Source: an uncultured Methanosarcinaceae archaeon (GTDB lineage Archaea > Halobacteriota > Methanosarcinia > Methanosarcinales > Methanosarcinaceae). Taken from it: a stretch of DNA of 64,000 nt. The position numbers and the translations under genes are program-made. Under the pieces are notes generated by a model. The model was not told the origin of the DNA. It did not search any database and saw nothing but the letters and a program-made list of their open reading frames with translations. Positions 26,456 through 39,746 of the stretch are shown here, piece by piece. The stretch covers positions 468,578-532,577 of the forward strand of contig CAWHXP010000008.1 in NCBI GenBank assembly GCA_963833425.1, written 5' to 3'. Each line of letters opens with the position of its first letter. Position 1 is the stretch's first letter.

Positions 26456-27051
26456 TGTAACAAAATAAATGACTACAATTTTATAGTTTCCCAGTATCTT
26501 CAATTGGATTATCAGATGGAAAACGCAATAACAGTGGATGCTTATGACGTGTCTGGTAAAAAATTAATAGAAGGAGTTATACCGATCAATTCGGTCCGCG
26601 ACCTGATAAGATTCCTATCACGCATAGAGATCCGCGAAAATTGCACCTAAATATAAAATAAATCTGAATGATTTTAATCCCAACAATACTTTTTTAATAA
26701 AATACAAATTACCTGACAATAATTGAATGATCTAGTAACTTTTTAGACATAACTCGAATCCGCCTTTATTCAGAGATGATATCTAGAATTAAACCATTAC
26801 GAAAAATTATTTTTTGATTACTACTATATAAATTCTTTATTTAAAGAAAAAAAATTTATATTTTAAATTGCTAATCAAGAAACTCTTTGTAGACAGTCTG
26901 AATGCAAAACGATTAGAACAGTGTGAAGCTCACGTAATTCATTCAAAAAAAACATGTGCTTAAAACACCAAACTATTTAGATCGTAATACTTATGATCAA
27001 TCTGCGAGTATTTTTTGCAGCTTAAGTGATTTAGTCCTAAGGAGAACTTAT

Positions 27052-27528
27052 ATGAGAAAATATATTTTATCGATGGCTTTAGTGGTTTTACTTTTAATGC
27101 CAGCAGTTTTAGCATCAGGCAATGTTAAGATTAATGATTTTTCTGCCAACGTTACTAATGGGACTATTCCATTACATACAAGATTTACTGGTGATGTCAC
27201 AGGTTACGTTAATACTTGGCGTTGGATATTTGAAAACATAGAAACCGGAGCTACTACTTATAGTGGTTCAAAAATAACTACTCATCATAATTTTGGAAAA
27301 CCTGGAACTTATAACATTACATTGAAAGTATGGGGGCCTGATGGCAATGATACACTTATCAAGCCAGCATATATAGCTGCCATGGCAGTAAACACAAATA
27401 CAAGATATAAGGCTACAGTTTCTTCATCAACAAGTTCCAAAGCTAAATTGAGTGGTCACAAAGCTAAAGTTTCTTTAAGTAAACATAAACACAAACACCA
27501 AATCAAACATCATGAAGCAGAAGAATAA
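27052..27528 (+). CDS. Secreted single-PKD-domain protein with a Lys/His-rich tail
   Basis: GGAG RBS before ATG 27052; signal peptide; FSANVTNGTIPL..WRWIF..HNFGKPGTYNITLKV PKD signature. Confidence 0.85.
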   Translation: MRKYILSMALVVLLLMPAVLASGNVKINDFSANVTNGTIPLHTRFTGDVTGYVNTWRWIFENIETGATTYSGSKITTHHNFGKPGTYNITLKVWGPDGNDTLIKPAYIAAMAVNTNTRYKATVSSSTSSKAKLSGHKAKVSLSKHKHKHQIKHHEAEE

Positions 27529-27641
27529 ACGATCATAAAGTTGTTTAAGGCATTTTCTTGAGTAGGGGAGAGGTTTTATGGAATAATCGAAAAAAAACCT
27601 AATTAATGGACTGAGATAGAGTCATTTATTGATTGGGGAGA

Positions 27642-27842
27642 GGAGCATGTCTGTTACAATTCACAAGATCAGTACTACATAATTTCAATACTTATTAGTT
27701 AGAGTCATTAATATTTAGGACATATCCAAAAGATATATACCTAAGCAAATCTAAGTATAAATTAGCGGTTTCCCAACATTTTCAAGCAGACTTTCTATCA
27801 GGTTGCAGGCATCTTTCACCCGCAACTCACAAGATCACTTTA
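27642..27842 (+). repeat. Dispersed element copy D
   Basis: tctgttacaattcacaagatcagtactacata..tcaagcagac..gttgcagg-N9-cccgcaac-tcacaagatc. Confidence 0.75.
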
Positions 27843-28049
27843 ACATTTGATTGCAACAAATTGCTCATAGAAACTTTATGAACAATTTGTTGAAACCGGA
27901 GATCAAAAAAGCTGAATGTAGAACAATACACTTTGACTTTTAGTGCCTTAATCGAATCCAAATGAAGCATTTATTATATACTGGTTAAAAACGTGAAAAA
28001 GAAGCATTAATAACGTCTGAATATTTTTATAAAATTTTTATTGGAATGT

Positions 28050-29294
28050 ATGGGAAAATCTGAGAGTAAGGAAGAAGAAATAGTGTCTTTAAGTTCTAAA
28101 GCATCTATCATTGAGAAAGTAAGGGAATTAATAAGATCATCATCCTTAAAATTCAGAGCTCTAAAGTTTGTCCTGCTGATCGGGGCGATGAGCTTTTTTG
28201 CAGACTTCGTGTACGAAGGTTCGCGAGGAATAATAGGTCCTTATCTTGCATTTCTTGGAGCAAGTGCGTTTACAGTTGCCGTTGTTACCGGATTTGGCGA
28301 ATTTGTCGGGTATGCTTGGCGCCTTGTTTCTGGGAGCCTTAGCGATAAGACTGGTCAATTTTGGGTTATTACAATCTGTGGTTATGTTATCCAGATGGCT
28401 TCAGTACCGTTGCTTGCTTTGGTGGGGAGCTGGCAGATGGCAGCCGTGCTCATTATTCTGGAGCGATTTGGGCGGGCGACTCGTAACCCACCACGTGATG
28501 TTATGCTTTCTTATGCTGCCCAAGAGATGGGAGGATATGGCTGGGCCTTTGGCGTGCATGAAGCGCTTGACCAATTCGGAGCATTATTCGGTCCGCTTGC
28601 TGCAGCTGGTATTCTTGCCTGGCGCGGTGACTACAGGTTCGCTTTTGCCGTATTACTTATTCCAGCTCTCGTCATGATCTCTCTCCTAGCTGTTGCACGA
28701 TTAACTTATCCCCATCCAGAAGAGATGAATGATATTCCCCCCAATTTAGAAGCAAAGGGCCTCCCGAATGTTTTTTGGCTTTATCTTTCGGGAGCTATCT
28801 TCGTTGCTATTGGATTTGCAGATTTTCCTTTTATGGCGTATCACTTAGAAAAGATGTCTATAGTCTCCACTTCAATGATTCCAATCTTCTACGCAGTGGC
28901 GATGGGCATGAGCGGATTGGGCTCTCTACTGTTTGGACGCCTCTTTGATAGTGTTGGCGTTATCATCTTAGTTCCCCTAACAGTCCTCTCTGCCCTGTTT
29001 GCTCCATTAGTGTTTTTTGGAGGCTTCTGGCCAGCACTTATCGGAATTGCACTATGGGGGCTGGGCATGGGAGTTCATGAATCGATTATTCCTGCCGCAG
29101 TAGCCCTGATGGTGCCAGTTCAACGACGTGCTTCAGCGTATGGTCTATTCACGGCGAGCTATGGAATCTTCTGGTTTCTGGGAAGCGCAGTGATTGGTAG
29201 CCTCTATAGCGTATCGCTGCCATTGTTAATCGTTTTCTGCCTGGTTACAGAATTTGCCTCCATCCCACTGTTTTTCCTAGTAAAACAGCGATAA
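28050..29294 (+). CDS. MFS transporter
   Basis: About 12 hydrophobic segments; SGSLSDKTG and GRLFDSVG motif-A variants; RNPPRD. Confidence 0.92.
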   Translation: MGKSESKEEEIVSLSSKASIIEKVRELIRSSSLKFRALKFVLLIGAMSFFADFVYEGSRGIIGPYLAFLGASAFTVAVVTGFGEFVGYAWRLVSGSLSDKTGQFWVITICGYVIQMASVPLLALVGSWQMAAVLIILERFGRATRNPPRDVMLSYAAQEMGGYGWAFGVHEALDQFGALFGPLAAAGILAWRGDYRFAFAVLLIPALVMISLLAVARLTYPHPEEMNDIPPNLEAKGLPNVFWLYLSGAIFVAIGFADFPFMAYHLEKMSIVSTSMIPIFYAVAMGMSGLGSLLFGRLFDSVGVIILVPLTVLSALFAPLVFFGGFWPALIGIALWGLGMGVHESIIPAAVALMVPVQRRASAYGLFTASYGIFWFLGSAVIGSLYSVSLPLLIVFCLVTEFASIPLFFLVKQR

Positions 29295-30029
29295 ACCACA
29301 ACTCACGAGTTTGACAATGGGATGATAAAATGGATCAAATTACGCATATGTTAATCGAAGTGAAAAACAGCAACATATACAAAGTTATCCAAATCTCACT
29401 AGTTCTGGTGAGACTACATACACTTGATTTTCTATCCAAATCGCGCAGGTCCGATGTTCGTTTTCTATGCTTTCCTGCCCAAAAATCTGATATACATCCA
29501 AAAATATTCTGACCTGAGCTGGAAGTTTTTTCATTTGAGCGATTCCTAAGCCATTGTCAGTAATGGAGTCGCAGGAATCCAACGAACGATCACGCCCGTG
29601 TTGAGCGCATGGCAATTGATACAGTAAAAATCCTACCGATTCCCGTTACCGGATCTACGGCTCCATAGACGAAAAAATATGAGACAAGGATCTCGGCTAT
29701 GATCACTGCTGCAGGTAAAAGAGTGCTCTCAAATCCGAAGGACAGTTCGAATAATATTACTATAGGTCCGGTTTTAGATAGGGCTGATATGCTCTCACCA
29801 TGTTTGCACTAGTAGAGTTTCTCTTGATATATATAAAATAGTTACATAAATATGCTGAAGGAAGCAAAGTAATAATATTTCCTCTAGAAATAAGTTTATT
29901 TGAATTTATTATGTACTTCTTATTAATTGTTAAATTTATATAATGTTGGTGCACCTACCATTATTAACACGTAATATGTAGACGTAATGCTCTCCTAAGA
30001 TAATGAAAGTTGAATTTATTGGTCATCTG

Positions 30030-30300
30030 TTAGAGAATTTTATTATCTTCATGCTTTTGATTTGGGCCAAGAAAATAGTCCAAGATTCGAGGATTAACTC
30101 TAAAATCAGCAATCTACTCCAATTTCACAGCAATGAATACAATGGAGAATTTTTGCGAAATCATTGCGATAGATGTTATTCTTGACATACGCATATCTCT
30201 CGGAACTCATTTCCTTTTCAGTAAAAGTCTTTGAAAAAGGAGGTTCCTACAAGGCTATGGTCTGATGGGAATTATTCTGCAGGTATAGTTGCAATTCTGC
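30030..30300 (+). mobile_element. IS5-like left end next to an IS200 TnpA-like remnant
   Basis: tagagaattttattatcttcatgcttttga resembles the end at 8910; downstream are EIIAIDVILD.THI and LWSDGNY fragments. Confidence 0.45.
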
Positions 30301-30910
30301 AGCTCGAAACCAAAGTCTTTAAAGCTTGCTCTATAAATTGTAGAAAGTAGTTCCACAGATATTTTTCCGTCAACACAATTGACTCTATTGGGGCTTGCAC
30401 ACTTGAAGTACAAAATTAACCGCAATAGGACATCGTGGTCAAATTCACCATCTAGGCAATCGAATTTTAGTGTCACTGATCGTGTATCTCAAGTGCATAA
30501 ATCCGATCTCTATCTTAGATTTGGTTCTCTGCTGTTTTTTGTGGGTTGAAAATAATTATCCAGTTGAAAAATAATTATATAAATAAATTAACATCTATAA
30601 AAAAGAGACTCCCCCAGAGAACTATTTAAAAATATCACATATATGTGTCACATTTAGAAAGTGATTTTAAATTACCCACTAGAAATAGTGAAGCGCTTTA
30701 TATTTCTTAATCCGATACTAGAAATCACCTTTTTCTGGTATAACTAAGTTAGGTGGTTTATGTGATAATTATTTTCCTTATTTTGCTTACACTGCATGTG
30801 GTAGATTATTGATTGATCATCAGGCTTTCTGTCGAAAAGTTAGAGCATGGTTAGACCAATTATATCATGAGCGTTCCAAAAGAGCTGTAGGTGATTTTTA
30901 AGAAGACTTT

Positions 30911-32419
30911 CTATTCAGAGGGTTTTTCAAAAAGGGCAGGATACTTACTCTTTAGGGTTTTGAGGATCTCGTTGTCTAATTCAATGTTGTAAAGTGTTTT
31001 CACTTTAGAAAACTGATCAATTGAAAGATCCTTAGCCCCTTTAAGTTTAGTTCCCTTTATTTTAGCCTCTTTAAATTTTGCTCTCTTTAATTTAGCTCCT
31101 TCAAAGTTAGCTCCTTCAAGGTTTGCTCCTTCAAGGTTAGCTCCTTCAAGGTTTGCTCCTTCAAGGTTTGCTCCTTCAAGGTTAGCCCCTTGAAGTTTAG
31201 CCTTCATGAAGTTAGATCCTTGGAGATTAGTCCCTTTAAGGTTAGCGCATTTGAGGTTAGCCTTTAAAAGGTTAGCCCCTTCAAGGTTAGCCCCTTCAAA
31301 ATTAGTATTTTTAAAGTTAGCTCCTTCAAGGTTAGCTCTTTCAAAGTTAGTCTCTCTAAGGTTAGCCTCTTTAAGTTTGGCCCCTTCGAGTTGAACCATT
31401 TTAAGATTAGCTCCTTTAAGGTTAGCTTTTCTAAGATTAGATCCTCGAAGATTAGATCCTTAAGGTTTGCTCCTTGAAGGTTAACTTCTCTGAGACTAGC
31501 TTCTTGAAGATTAGCTCCTTGAAGGTTAGCTCCTTGAAAGTTAGCCTTTTCGAGGTCAACCCTTTGGATGTTAGTTTCTTTAAGATTAGAATTCTCAAGG
31601 TTAGCTTTTCCAAGGTCAGCTCCTTTGAAGTTAGCTCCTATAACGTTAACTCCTCTAAGGATAGCGTTTTCAAGGTTAGTTTCTATAAAATCAGCTCCTT
31701 GGAGATTAGCTTCTTGGAGATTAGCTTTTTCAAGGTCAGCTCCATAGAAATAAGCCCCTTCAAGGTTAGCTCCTTCAAGGTTAGCTCTATAAAGGTTAGC
31801 CATTTGAAGTTTAGTTTTCATAAGTCTAACTTTTTCAAAGTTAACTTCTTTAAGATCGGCTCCATAAAAGTTAGATTCTTCTAGGTTAGCTCCTTGAAAG
31901 TTAGCTTTTTCAAGGTTAGTTCCTTTAAGTTTAGCTCCTTCAAGGTTAGCTCCTTTGAAGTTTAGCTTCTATAAGGTTAGCTCCTTGAAGGTTAGCTTCT
32001 CTAAGATTAGCATCGTGAAGATTAGATCCTTGAAGTTTAGCTTCTTGAAGGTCAGCTTTTTCAAGGTCAGCTCCATAGAGATTAGCCGCTACAAGATTAG
32101 CTCCTTGAAGGTTAGCTTTATAAAGATTAGCCTTTTGAAGCTTAGCTCCCATTAGGTTAGCGCTTTCAAGGTTAACTTCAGTGAGATCAGCTCCATAAAA
32201 ATTAGCTTCTTTAAGGTTAGCCCCTTGAAAGTTAGCTTTTTCTAGGTTAGCTCCTTGTAGTTTAGCTCCTTCAAGGTTAGATTCTTTAAGTTTAGCTCCT
32301 TTAAGATGAGCCGCCATAAGGTTAGCTTCTTGAAGTTTAGCCCCTACAAAGTTAGCTTCTATAAGGTCAGCTCCTTGAAGATTAGCCCCGCGAAAATCTT
32401 TTTTACGTGATGCGGTCAT
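30911..32419 (-). pseudogene. Long pentapeptide-repeat protein (~500 aa) broken by two frameshifts
   Basis: A(N/D)L(E/Q)G repeats continue across three ORFs; frameshifts at ~31955 and ~31460. Confidence 0.9.
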
Positions 32420-32875
32420 ATATAGCTATTAGCTTTTAATTGAAATAAACGTTACTGATCATGGAAAAATATCTTTTATCCTTCAGAATTTAGTTTTTAA
32501 AATTTTGCCTATTTACAGTTGCGTCTACAAGGATCGCAAGAAATGATAGCTACGTCCTTAAGATAAAAAAGCTATTTTCCAGATTTTGCACTTACTTTTT
32601 ATGGATATCTTGCTTTTCGACGAGATAAAAATGCAAGTTTTTAGTTTTTTTTAGTTGTTTTAGGGATTTTAGTAGAACCTGAATATTGTTTTCAAAGTTT
32701 CTCAATTTAAAGTAAAAATATCTATGATTTTGACTAAAACTGAGAATGCATAGTTTTTTATACAAATATAGTATCCTATTTTTTTCTGTTCTGTACTTTT
32801 GTGAGGCTAGAGCAAATCTGCTTCGACTCATGAAATGTCAGTATTATTGCAATGAGGTTGGATGATGAAAATATC

Positions 32876-33872
32876 GGCTCTGTAGAAATGCTCTAAATTG
32901 AACTTTTACACCATAATATTATAACTATTCAGTTATAATATTCTTCTTATTTTTTCGATAAAAATGAAGGAACATTTAATATTGAAGTTTAATAAGTACA
33001 TTAAATTTGTTGATACTAGTCTTGAAACTGTTCAGTCTTCGAGACTGAAGCCTTATTCCTGCAAGTATTCAAAAACGTTTATACTCAGCATCAGCTTCTT
33101 GCACTGGTTTTATTGAAAGAGTATAATAGTACAGACTATCGAGATTTTGTAGAACTTATTGACCTTATGAGAGATATAAAAGAAAAACTTGCTCTTGACA
33201 AGATTCCACATTTCACTACCCTTCAAAAGTTTGTAACTAGGATTCCTTCCTCTCTGTTTAACCTTCTTCTGTCAAGGATTCTAAAGCTGTTTTACTCATA
33301 TGGAGAAAATGTCTCTGTTGCAGCGATTGATGCAACAGGATTTACGAGTTCATATGCAAGTTGTTATTATTCCAGAAGAACAGGGAAGCTTCGAAGAAGC
33401 TTCCTGAGAACTTCAATGTCAGTGGAACAAATAAAAAGATAATATTGGGATGGAAAATTAGTCAAAAAACAGACCATGAAATCAAACATACAAATGCTCT
33501 GATAAGGCAATCAAATAAGATGAAAAAGTCTGATTGTTATGTAATGGATAAAGGAAATGATTCAGAAAAAATACATTCTATAATTAGAGAAGAAATCAAA
33601 GCAGATTCATTATACCTGTAAGAGAGAGAAAAATAAAGAAAATAAGAGGGAAATATGAAAACAGTTGAATCTGGTCTTTGACAGAATTAAATAGAATCAA
33701 AGAAATATCGTGGAGACAATATTTTTGTAGTTAAAAGAAAATTAGGAGAAACACTAAGGGCAAGGAAATTCCGTTATCATTGAAAGAGATTAAAATTAAA
33801 TTAATAATATACAACATAGACAAAAAAAATTATAGAAATAATTTGCGTCAAATTAAGGATTTCTACAGAGCC
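32876..33872 (+). mobile_element. IS5-family element (ISH1-group-like) with a degraded transposase
   Basis: Perfect 14-bp TIRs GGCTCTGTAGAAAT / ATTTCTACAGAGCC and an 8-bp target duplication AAAATATC (32868-32875, 33873-33880). Transposase fragments [16 protein letters not shown] and MDKG are frameshifted. Confidence 0.93.
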
Positions 33873-35429
33873 AAAATATCATTCATTTATTAGTAGACAT
33901 CCAAACAACGAATAGTCACAACTGATTTTAATTTGCAACAGATTCCCGAACTTGCCAAATTTTCTCTAATTCACATACAATGTAGGTCTAAGAGAGTGTC
34001 CTGAAAAATTATCAAATCATGACTCGTATCAAACATATCAATAACTAGATCTAATTTGATATACATTTTTTACAGTTATTCTAAATAGCACTCCTAAGAC
34101 TAATTTACACTAAAATTAAGTGATCCAGATCTTAAAGACCATGAAAATAACCTTCTGGAATGAAATGTTGATATTTTACCAGTATTCATACATAAAAACC
34201 CAAAAAGTTTGGCAAAATATATTAAAAAATTCTTTTTATTGAAAGTAAAAATATTGAAAAATTTGTCAGAAACTTACGAAGTAAGCACAATTGTGGTATC
34301 ATAAAATTGGGTTACTGACTCAGTTTATTCATTTTGTTAATTTTGTCTTCTATGCGACACTATTATTTCTTTTTCGGATATTTTCCACTTCTGACCGTGG
34401 TTTAAGTTAATCAAGATCAGTGCCTATGAGCTCCACACCAAACACTCAATGAGGGCGACAATTTTCAGTATGTAACGTATTTTTTATAAGTGTTTTATAT
34501 AGTATATACTAATATCCAATTAAATATAACTATTTTAGTTACATATATAGGTATATAACATATGCAGAAAATATTTATATATTAATCTTTTAAATTATAT
34601 ATTTACATAAACACAAACTAAAATATATAGATAACTGACTTATAAATGTTTATTAATACCGGGTGGGTGTAAAATGACAAAAAATAATAGGAAACGAATA
34701 GAACTTCTCAGGATTCATAAAGGAATTTTAAACTTTGTTTTGAACGTGAAAAAGCTGAACATTGTGAGTAAACTTGGGTACGTATCGCTAAATCAGTAGG
34801 AAATTGAAAAGTTTAAGGAAAAATACATATAATACATATAAATGATCTATGGGAAAACATCACTTTTTGGTTGGGTACTTTCCAAAGAATGATTAAGGCA
34901 AATTTTCGAGGTAACTGGTCTTATGATACGTGAATATAAAATTGATCATGTGGTCATTTTCTGGGTTTTAATTTTTAATTTTGGTGTACACTCGCAGAGT
35001 ATACTTGCAGTTTAAAAAAGATGAAAAATGCAAATAACACTATAAGCTACGCCAGCTGTTATTATTGATTCATGCCAGAATTTGTTGAGTTTTTTTATAA
35101 GTATCATATCCATGGCAAAAAACACTTGAAAAATAATTTTGTAGAAAACTTAGCAAGGAAATCTAAAAATCCAAGTATGTTCTTATTCAGGACAGCCAAA
35201 TTGTTCGCCCCCACACCTCTTGATAGTCCATCATTATATGCCCGATGGTTTTATGATTAAGCTTTAATTGTAAAAATTACTTATGTTTCCAAAAATTGAA
35301 GCAGATCTTCTCTAGCCTACCAAAGTGTGGAACAGAAAACAAATTGGAAACTGAGTTAAAGATATTTTGGAGACAACATGATCAAATAATTGAGCCTTAG
35401 CTGAAAATAAAGAAAAGGGGAATTTGATA

Positions 35430-37105
35430 ATGTCTGCACTTCAGGGAGTATTAAATGGACAAAAAATCGCGTATTTTTCTATGGAAATAGGTCTTCGAAG
35501 TGAAATTCCAACCTATGCTGGAAACTAGGAGTACTGGCCGGGGATTTCATATATTCTGCTGCAGACTTGAAGGTTCCACTGGTTGCAGTGACCCTAGTAA
35601 GCAATAAAGTATATTTCAAGCAGACTCTTTATCCTTCTGGAAATCAGATCAGCACACTGAAGAATGGAATCCTGCGGTTTTTATGACTACTCTTACAGAA
35701 GTGGTAAGCGTAAAAATTCAGAATCGAGATATTAAAATCAGAGCCTGGATGTATATTTGCAAGAGCCTCACTGGAGACACAGTGCCAGTAATTTTTCTCG
35801 ATACTGACGTCGAAGGTAATGAACCGGAAGACCGAAGGATTACGGATTTTCTCTATGGAGGAGATCACAGTTATAGGCTCAAGCAAGAGATAGTGCTTGG
35901 AATTGGAGGAGTAAGGATGCTTGAAGTACTTGGGTTCAAGGTCAGAAAGTACCATATGAACGAAGGGCATTCAAGCTTGCTTGCCTTAGAACTTCTGAGA
36001 TCTAATGGTACAGACTCAACGAAAGTAAAAGACCTCTGCATTTTTACTACTCATACCCCTGTGGAAGCAGGGCATGATAAGTTCGATTATGAGCTCGTAG
36101 CAGACCTGATCCGTGATATGAAAGATATTGACATACTCAGGAAGTTTGGAGGAGTGGATCGCTTTAATACAAGCCTTTTTGCTCTGAACCTGTCAAATTA
36201 TGTAAATGGAGTCACAAAGCGACACAGCAAGATCTCAAATGAACTCTTTCCAGGCTACAAAATCCGGTATGTTACTAACGGTGTACATTCTTATACATGG
36301 ACTTCTCCTCATTTTAGGATGTTTTATGATCGCTACCTTCTCCTGGTTGGGCAAATGAGCCTGAACTTCTGGTGAGAGTCGGGGTAATCCCAGAAACTGA
36401 GATATGGGAAGCACACTGGAATGCAAAAAAAGACTTGATTGATGATGTAAACAGAAGAACAGGTGCGGGGATGGATAATGAAAGCCTGACTATAGGTTTT
36501 GCACGTCGCATGACAGCATATAAACGTGCAGCATTGATCTTCTCCGACCTTGAGATGTTCAGAAAAGTAAACCAGATAGGCAAAATTCAGCTTATTTTTG
36601 AGGCAAAGCCCATCCCAGTGAGGAAGCTGGGAAACATATTATCAAGGATATTTTAAAAAATATCGAGAAACTTATAAAAGAAATGAAAATTGTTTTCCTG
36701 GAAAATTACGACATGAATCTAGCCACAAAAATGGTTTCTGGAGTTGAAGTCTGGCTGGATACTCCTATTCGTCCCTATGAAGCGTCGGGTACAAGCGGCA
36801 TGAAGGTTGCTCATAACGGAGTCGTGAATTTCAGTGTGCTTGACGGCTGGTGGATAAAAGGATAGGTCGAAAATATAACAGGTTGGGCTATTGGACCTCC
36901 TGCCCAAGAGAGCTTTTCTGAGGAAGAGACTAGAATCGCTGAAATCAACGACTTTTACAATAAGCTCTACTATATCATCATTCCTATGTACTCTGATCGA
37001 AAAGACGAGTGGTTCAAGCTTATTAACAACTCCATAGGCATGTTAGCCTATTATTTCAACAGTCACAGAATAATACGCCGTTATGTCATACGTGCTTACC
37101 TTTAA
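35430..37105 (+). pseudogene. glgP: Alpha-glucan (glycogen) phosphorylase
   Basis: AYFSMEIG, RLKQEIVLGIGG, HMNEGH, TNGVH, GFARRMTAYKR and EASGTSGMK motifs are split by several frameshifts and stops. Confidence 0.92.
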
Positions 37106-37220
37106 ATTACAAAAAGTACGAAATAAAGAGCAAGGTATATATGAACTTGTCAAATCCTAAAAATTACGGAGACCTGAGAAATACCCACAAGTAACTGAGC
37201 AGAAATAAGGAGACAGCTTA

Positions 37221-39746
37221 TTGGTCAATAATGAGAATAAATTCGAATTTTGAAGTATTCCTACAGCTGACATGTTGAACAAACTCCAAATAACAACCGA
37301 TGGTCTGAAAAGTGCAGAAGTTGATGAACGTCGTAATAGGTATGGAGCTAATATTCTCAAACCAAAAAAACGAACCGACACCCTCACACTTCTGCTGTCC
37401 CAATTCAAGAGTCCAATTACTCTTATCCTCATTTTTGCATCTGGACTTTCTTTTTTTCTCGGTGACGTCACAGATACTGTAATCATCGTAATTATTATCC
37501 TGATCAGCAGCATGCTGGGTTTTTGGCAGGAAAAGGGTGCTGCTGACGCTTTTGGTAAACTGCTGGCTGCTGTGCAGATAAAAGCTGCTGTGCTTAGGGA
37601 TGGTGAAGAAAAAGAAATTCCTGTGGAAGAAATTGTGCCTGGAGACATAGTAATCCTCAACGCCGGGGATATCATACCTGCAGACTGCCTAATTCTGGAA
37701 TCAAAAGATCTATTTGTTAGTGAAGCGACTCTCACTGGAGGGACTTATCCTGTAGAAAAAGTTCCAGGCGTGCTGAAAGCAGAAACCCCTCTCGCAAGGC
37801 GCACAAATTCTCTCTGGATGGGAACTAGTGTGGTCAATGGTAGCGGAAAAGTTCTAGCAGTTTCCACAGGGAAGGGAACTGAGTTTGGAAAAATATCCGA
37901 GAGATTAAAACTCAGGCCCCCGGAAACAGAATTTGAAAAAGGAATTTCAAATTTTGGACATTTTCTGATGGAAGTTACGATACTGATGGTATTAGTCGTA
38001 TTTGTGATAAATGTATATCTCAAGCGCCCGATTTTGGAATCATTTCTCTTCTCACTAGCTCTTGCAGTTGGGCTGACCCCTCAGCTCCTTCCTGCAATCA
38101 TCAGCGTCAATCTTTCCCATGGAGCAAGAGAGATGGCGAAAAAGAAAGTTATTGTCAAGAGGCTGGCTTCCATTGAAAACCTTGGCAGCATGAATTTGCT
38201 CTGTTCCGACAAGACCGGTACTTTGACCGAAGGCGAACTACAACTTCACTTTTTTCAAGATCTTAAAGGAAATCAGAATGAAAAGGTCCTATTCTATGCT
38301 AGCCTTAATGCCTATTACCAGAAAGGCTTTGAAAACCCAATCGATAGGGCAATTCTAGAATATAATAAATTTGATCTGGCTAAGTATAAAAAACTAGATG
38401 AAGTTCCTTATGATTTCTTGCGCAAAAGATTGAGCATCCTCGTCTCAAAAAGCGATACGAACCTTATGATCACCAAAGGTGCACTTAAGAACATTCTTGA
38501 AATTTGCTCCTCAGCAGAGATCGAACCTGGAAAGACCGTAGAAATTTCCGATTTGAAGAAAATAATTGAGCAGCAATTTGAAGAGTTCAGTAAAAACGGG
38601 CTCCGTACTCTTGGTATTGCATACAGAGAAATGGGCCAGCAGAAGATTATAGGAAAGGAGAACGAAATCGATATGACCTTTTTAGGATTCCTCTTCTTTT
38701 TTGACCCCCCAAAACAGGGGATTGTAAATATAATCGAAAACATGGAAAAACTTGGAATTTCTCTAAAAGTGATTACCGGAGATAATAAGTATGTAGCTAC
38801 CAGTATCTGCAGGGAGATCGGCCTCAAGAATGCCAGAGTCATAACTGGACGTGAACTTGATAAAATGAGCAGTGAGGCCCTGATAAAGCAGACAAAAGAT
38901 ACTGATATCTTTGCCGAGGTAGAACCGAATCAGAAAGAGCACATTATTCTTGCGCTCAAGAAAAGCGGAAACGTTGTTGGATTTATCGACGGGATCAATG
39001 ATGCGTCTTCTCTTCATGCAGCAGATGTAGGAATCTCTGTTGATAGTGCTGCAGACGTTGCAAAAGAAGCTGCAGATATTGTGCTGATGGAAAAAAGCCT
39101 GGATGCACTTATTGAGGGGGTAAAAGGAGGACGAAAAACATTTGCTAACACCCTAAAGTATGTCTTTATGGCTACAAGTGCCAATTTAGGGAACATGTTT
39201 AGTATGGCAGAAGCGTCCCTTTTCCTGCCTTTTCTACCTCTGTTGCCCACGCAGATTCTACTAACCAATTTATTAACTGATTTTTCGGAGATGACTATAG
39301 CTACGGATTCTGTGGATAAGGAATTGGTCGAAGAGCCGCATCGCTGGGATATAGGTTTCATCCGCAAGTTTATGATGGTATTTGGCATTATAAGTTCTGT
39401 ATTTGACTATTTGACCTTCGGTGTTCTACTCTTCCTCCTACCAGGTATGACAGAGCAATTCAGAACTGGCTGGTTTGTGGAATCCGTTATTTCGGCATCG
39501 ATGATAGTTCTGGTAATCAGGAGCAGGAAACCATTTTTTAGGAGTAAACCTGGAAAATACCTGCTTGCAGCCACCCTCGTGATAGTAGGCCTGACTCTTT
39601 GCATCCCATTTACTTTTTTTGCGGCTCCTTTTGGCTTCAAACCTCTTCCAATTACGGTAATTTTAATAATTGGAGCCATAGTAGGGCTATACATCCTTAC
39701 GGCTGAAATAATAAAAAGATTTTTTTACAAAAGAACAACATTTTGA
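37221..39746 (+). pseudogene. mgtA: Mg2+-translocating P-type ATPase, probably inactivated (ORF from 37272 remains open)
   Basis: CSDKTGTLT and PQLLP are present. The RBS-linked TTG at 37221 runs into an in-frame TGA at 37251; TGE(S/T) reads TGGT and GDGIND reads DGIND. Confidence 0.75.

Noticed and set aside
30911..32419. 15-bp periodic DNA as a non-coding array or DGR-like system
   Set aside because: Fully explained by pentapeptide codon repeats; there is no reverse transcriptase in the window.
33985..34100. Possible MITE (gagtgtc...gcactcc ends)
   Set aside because: The inverted repeat is too short and imperfect, and there is no second copy in the window.
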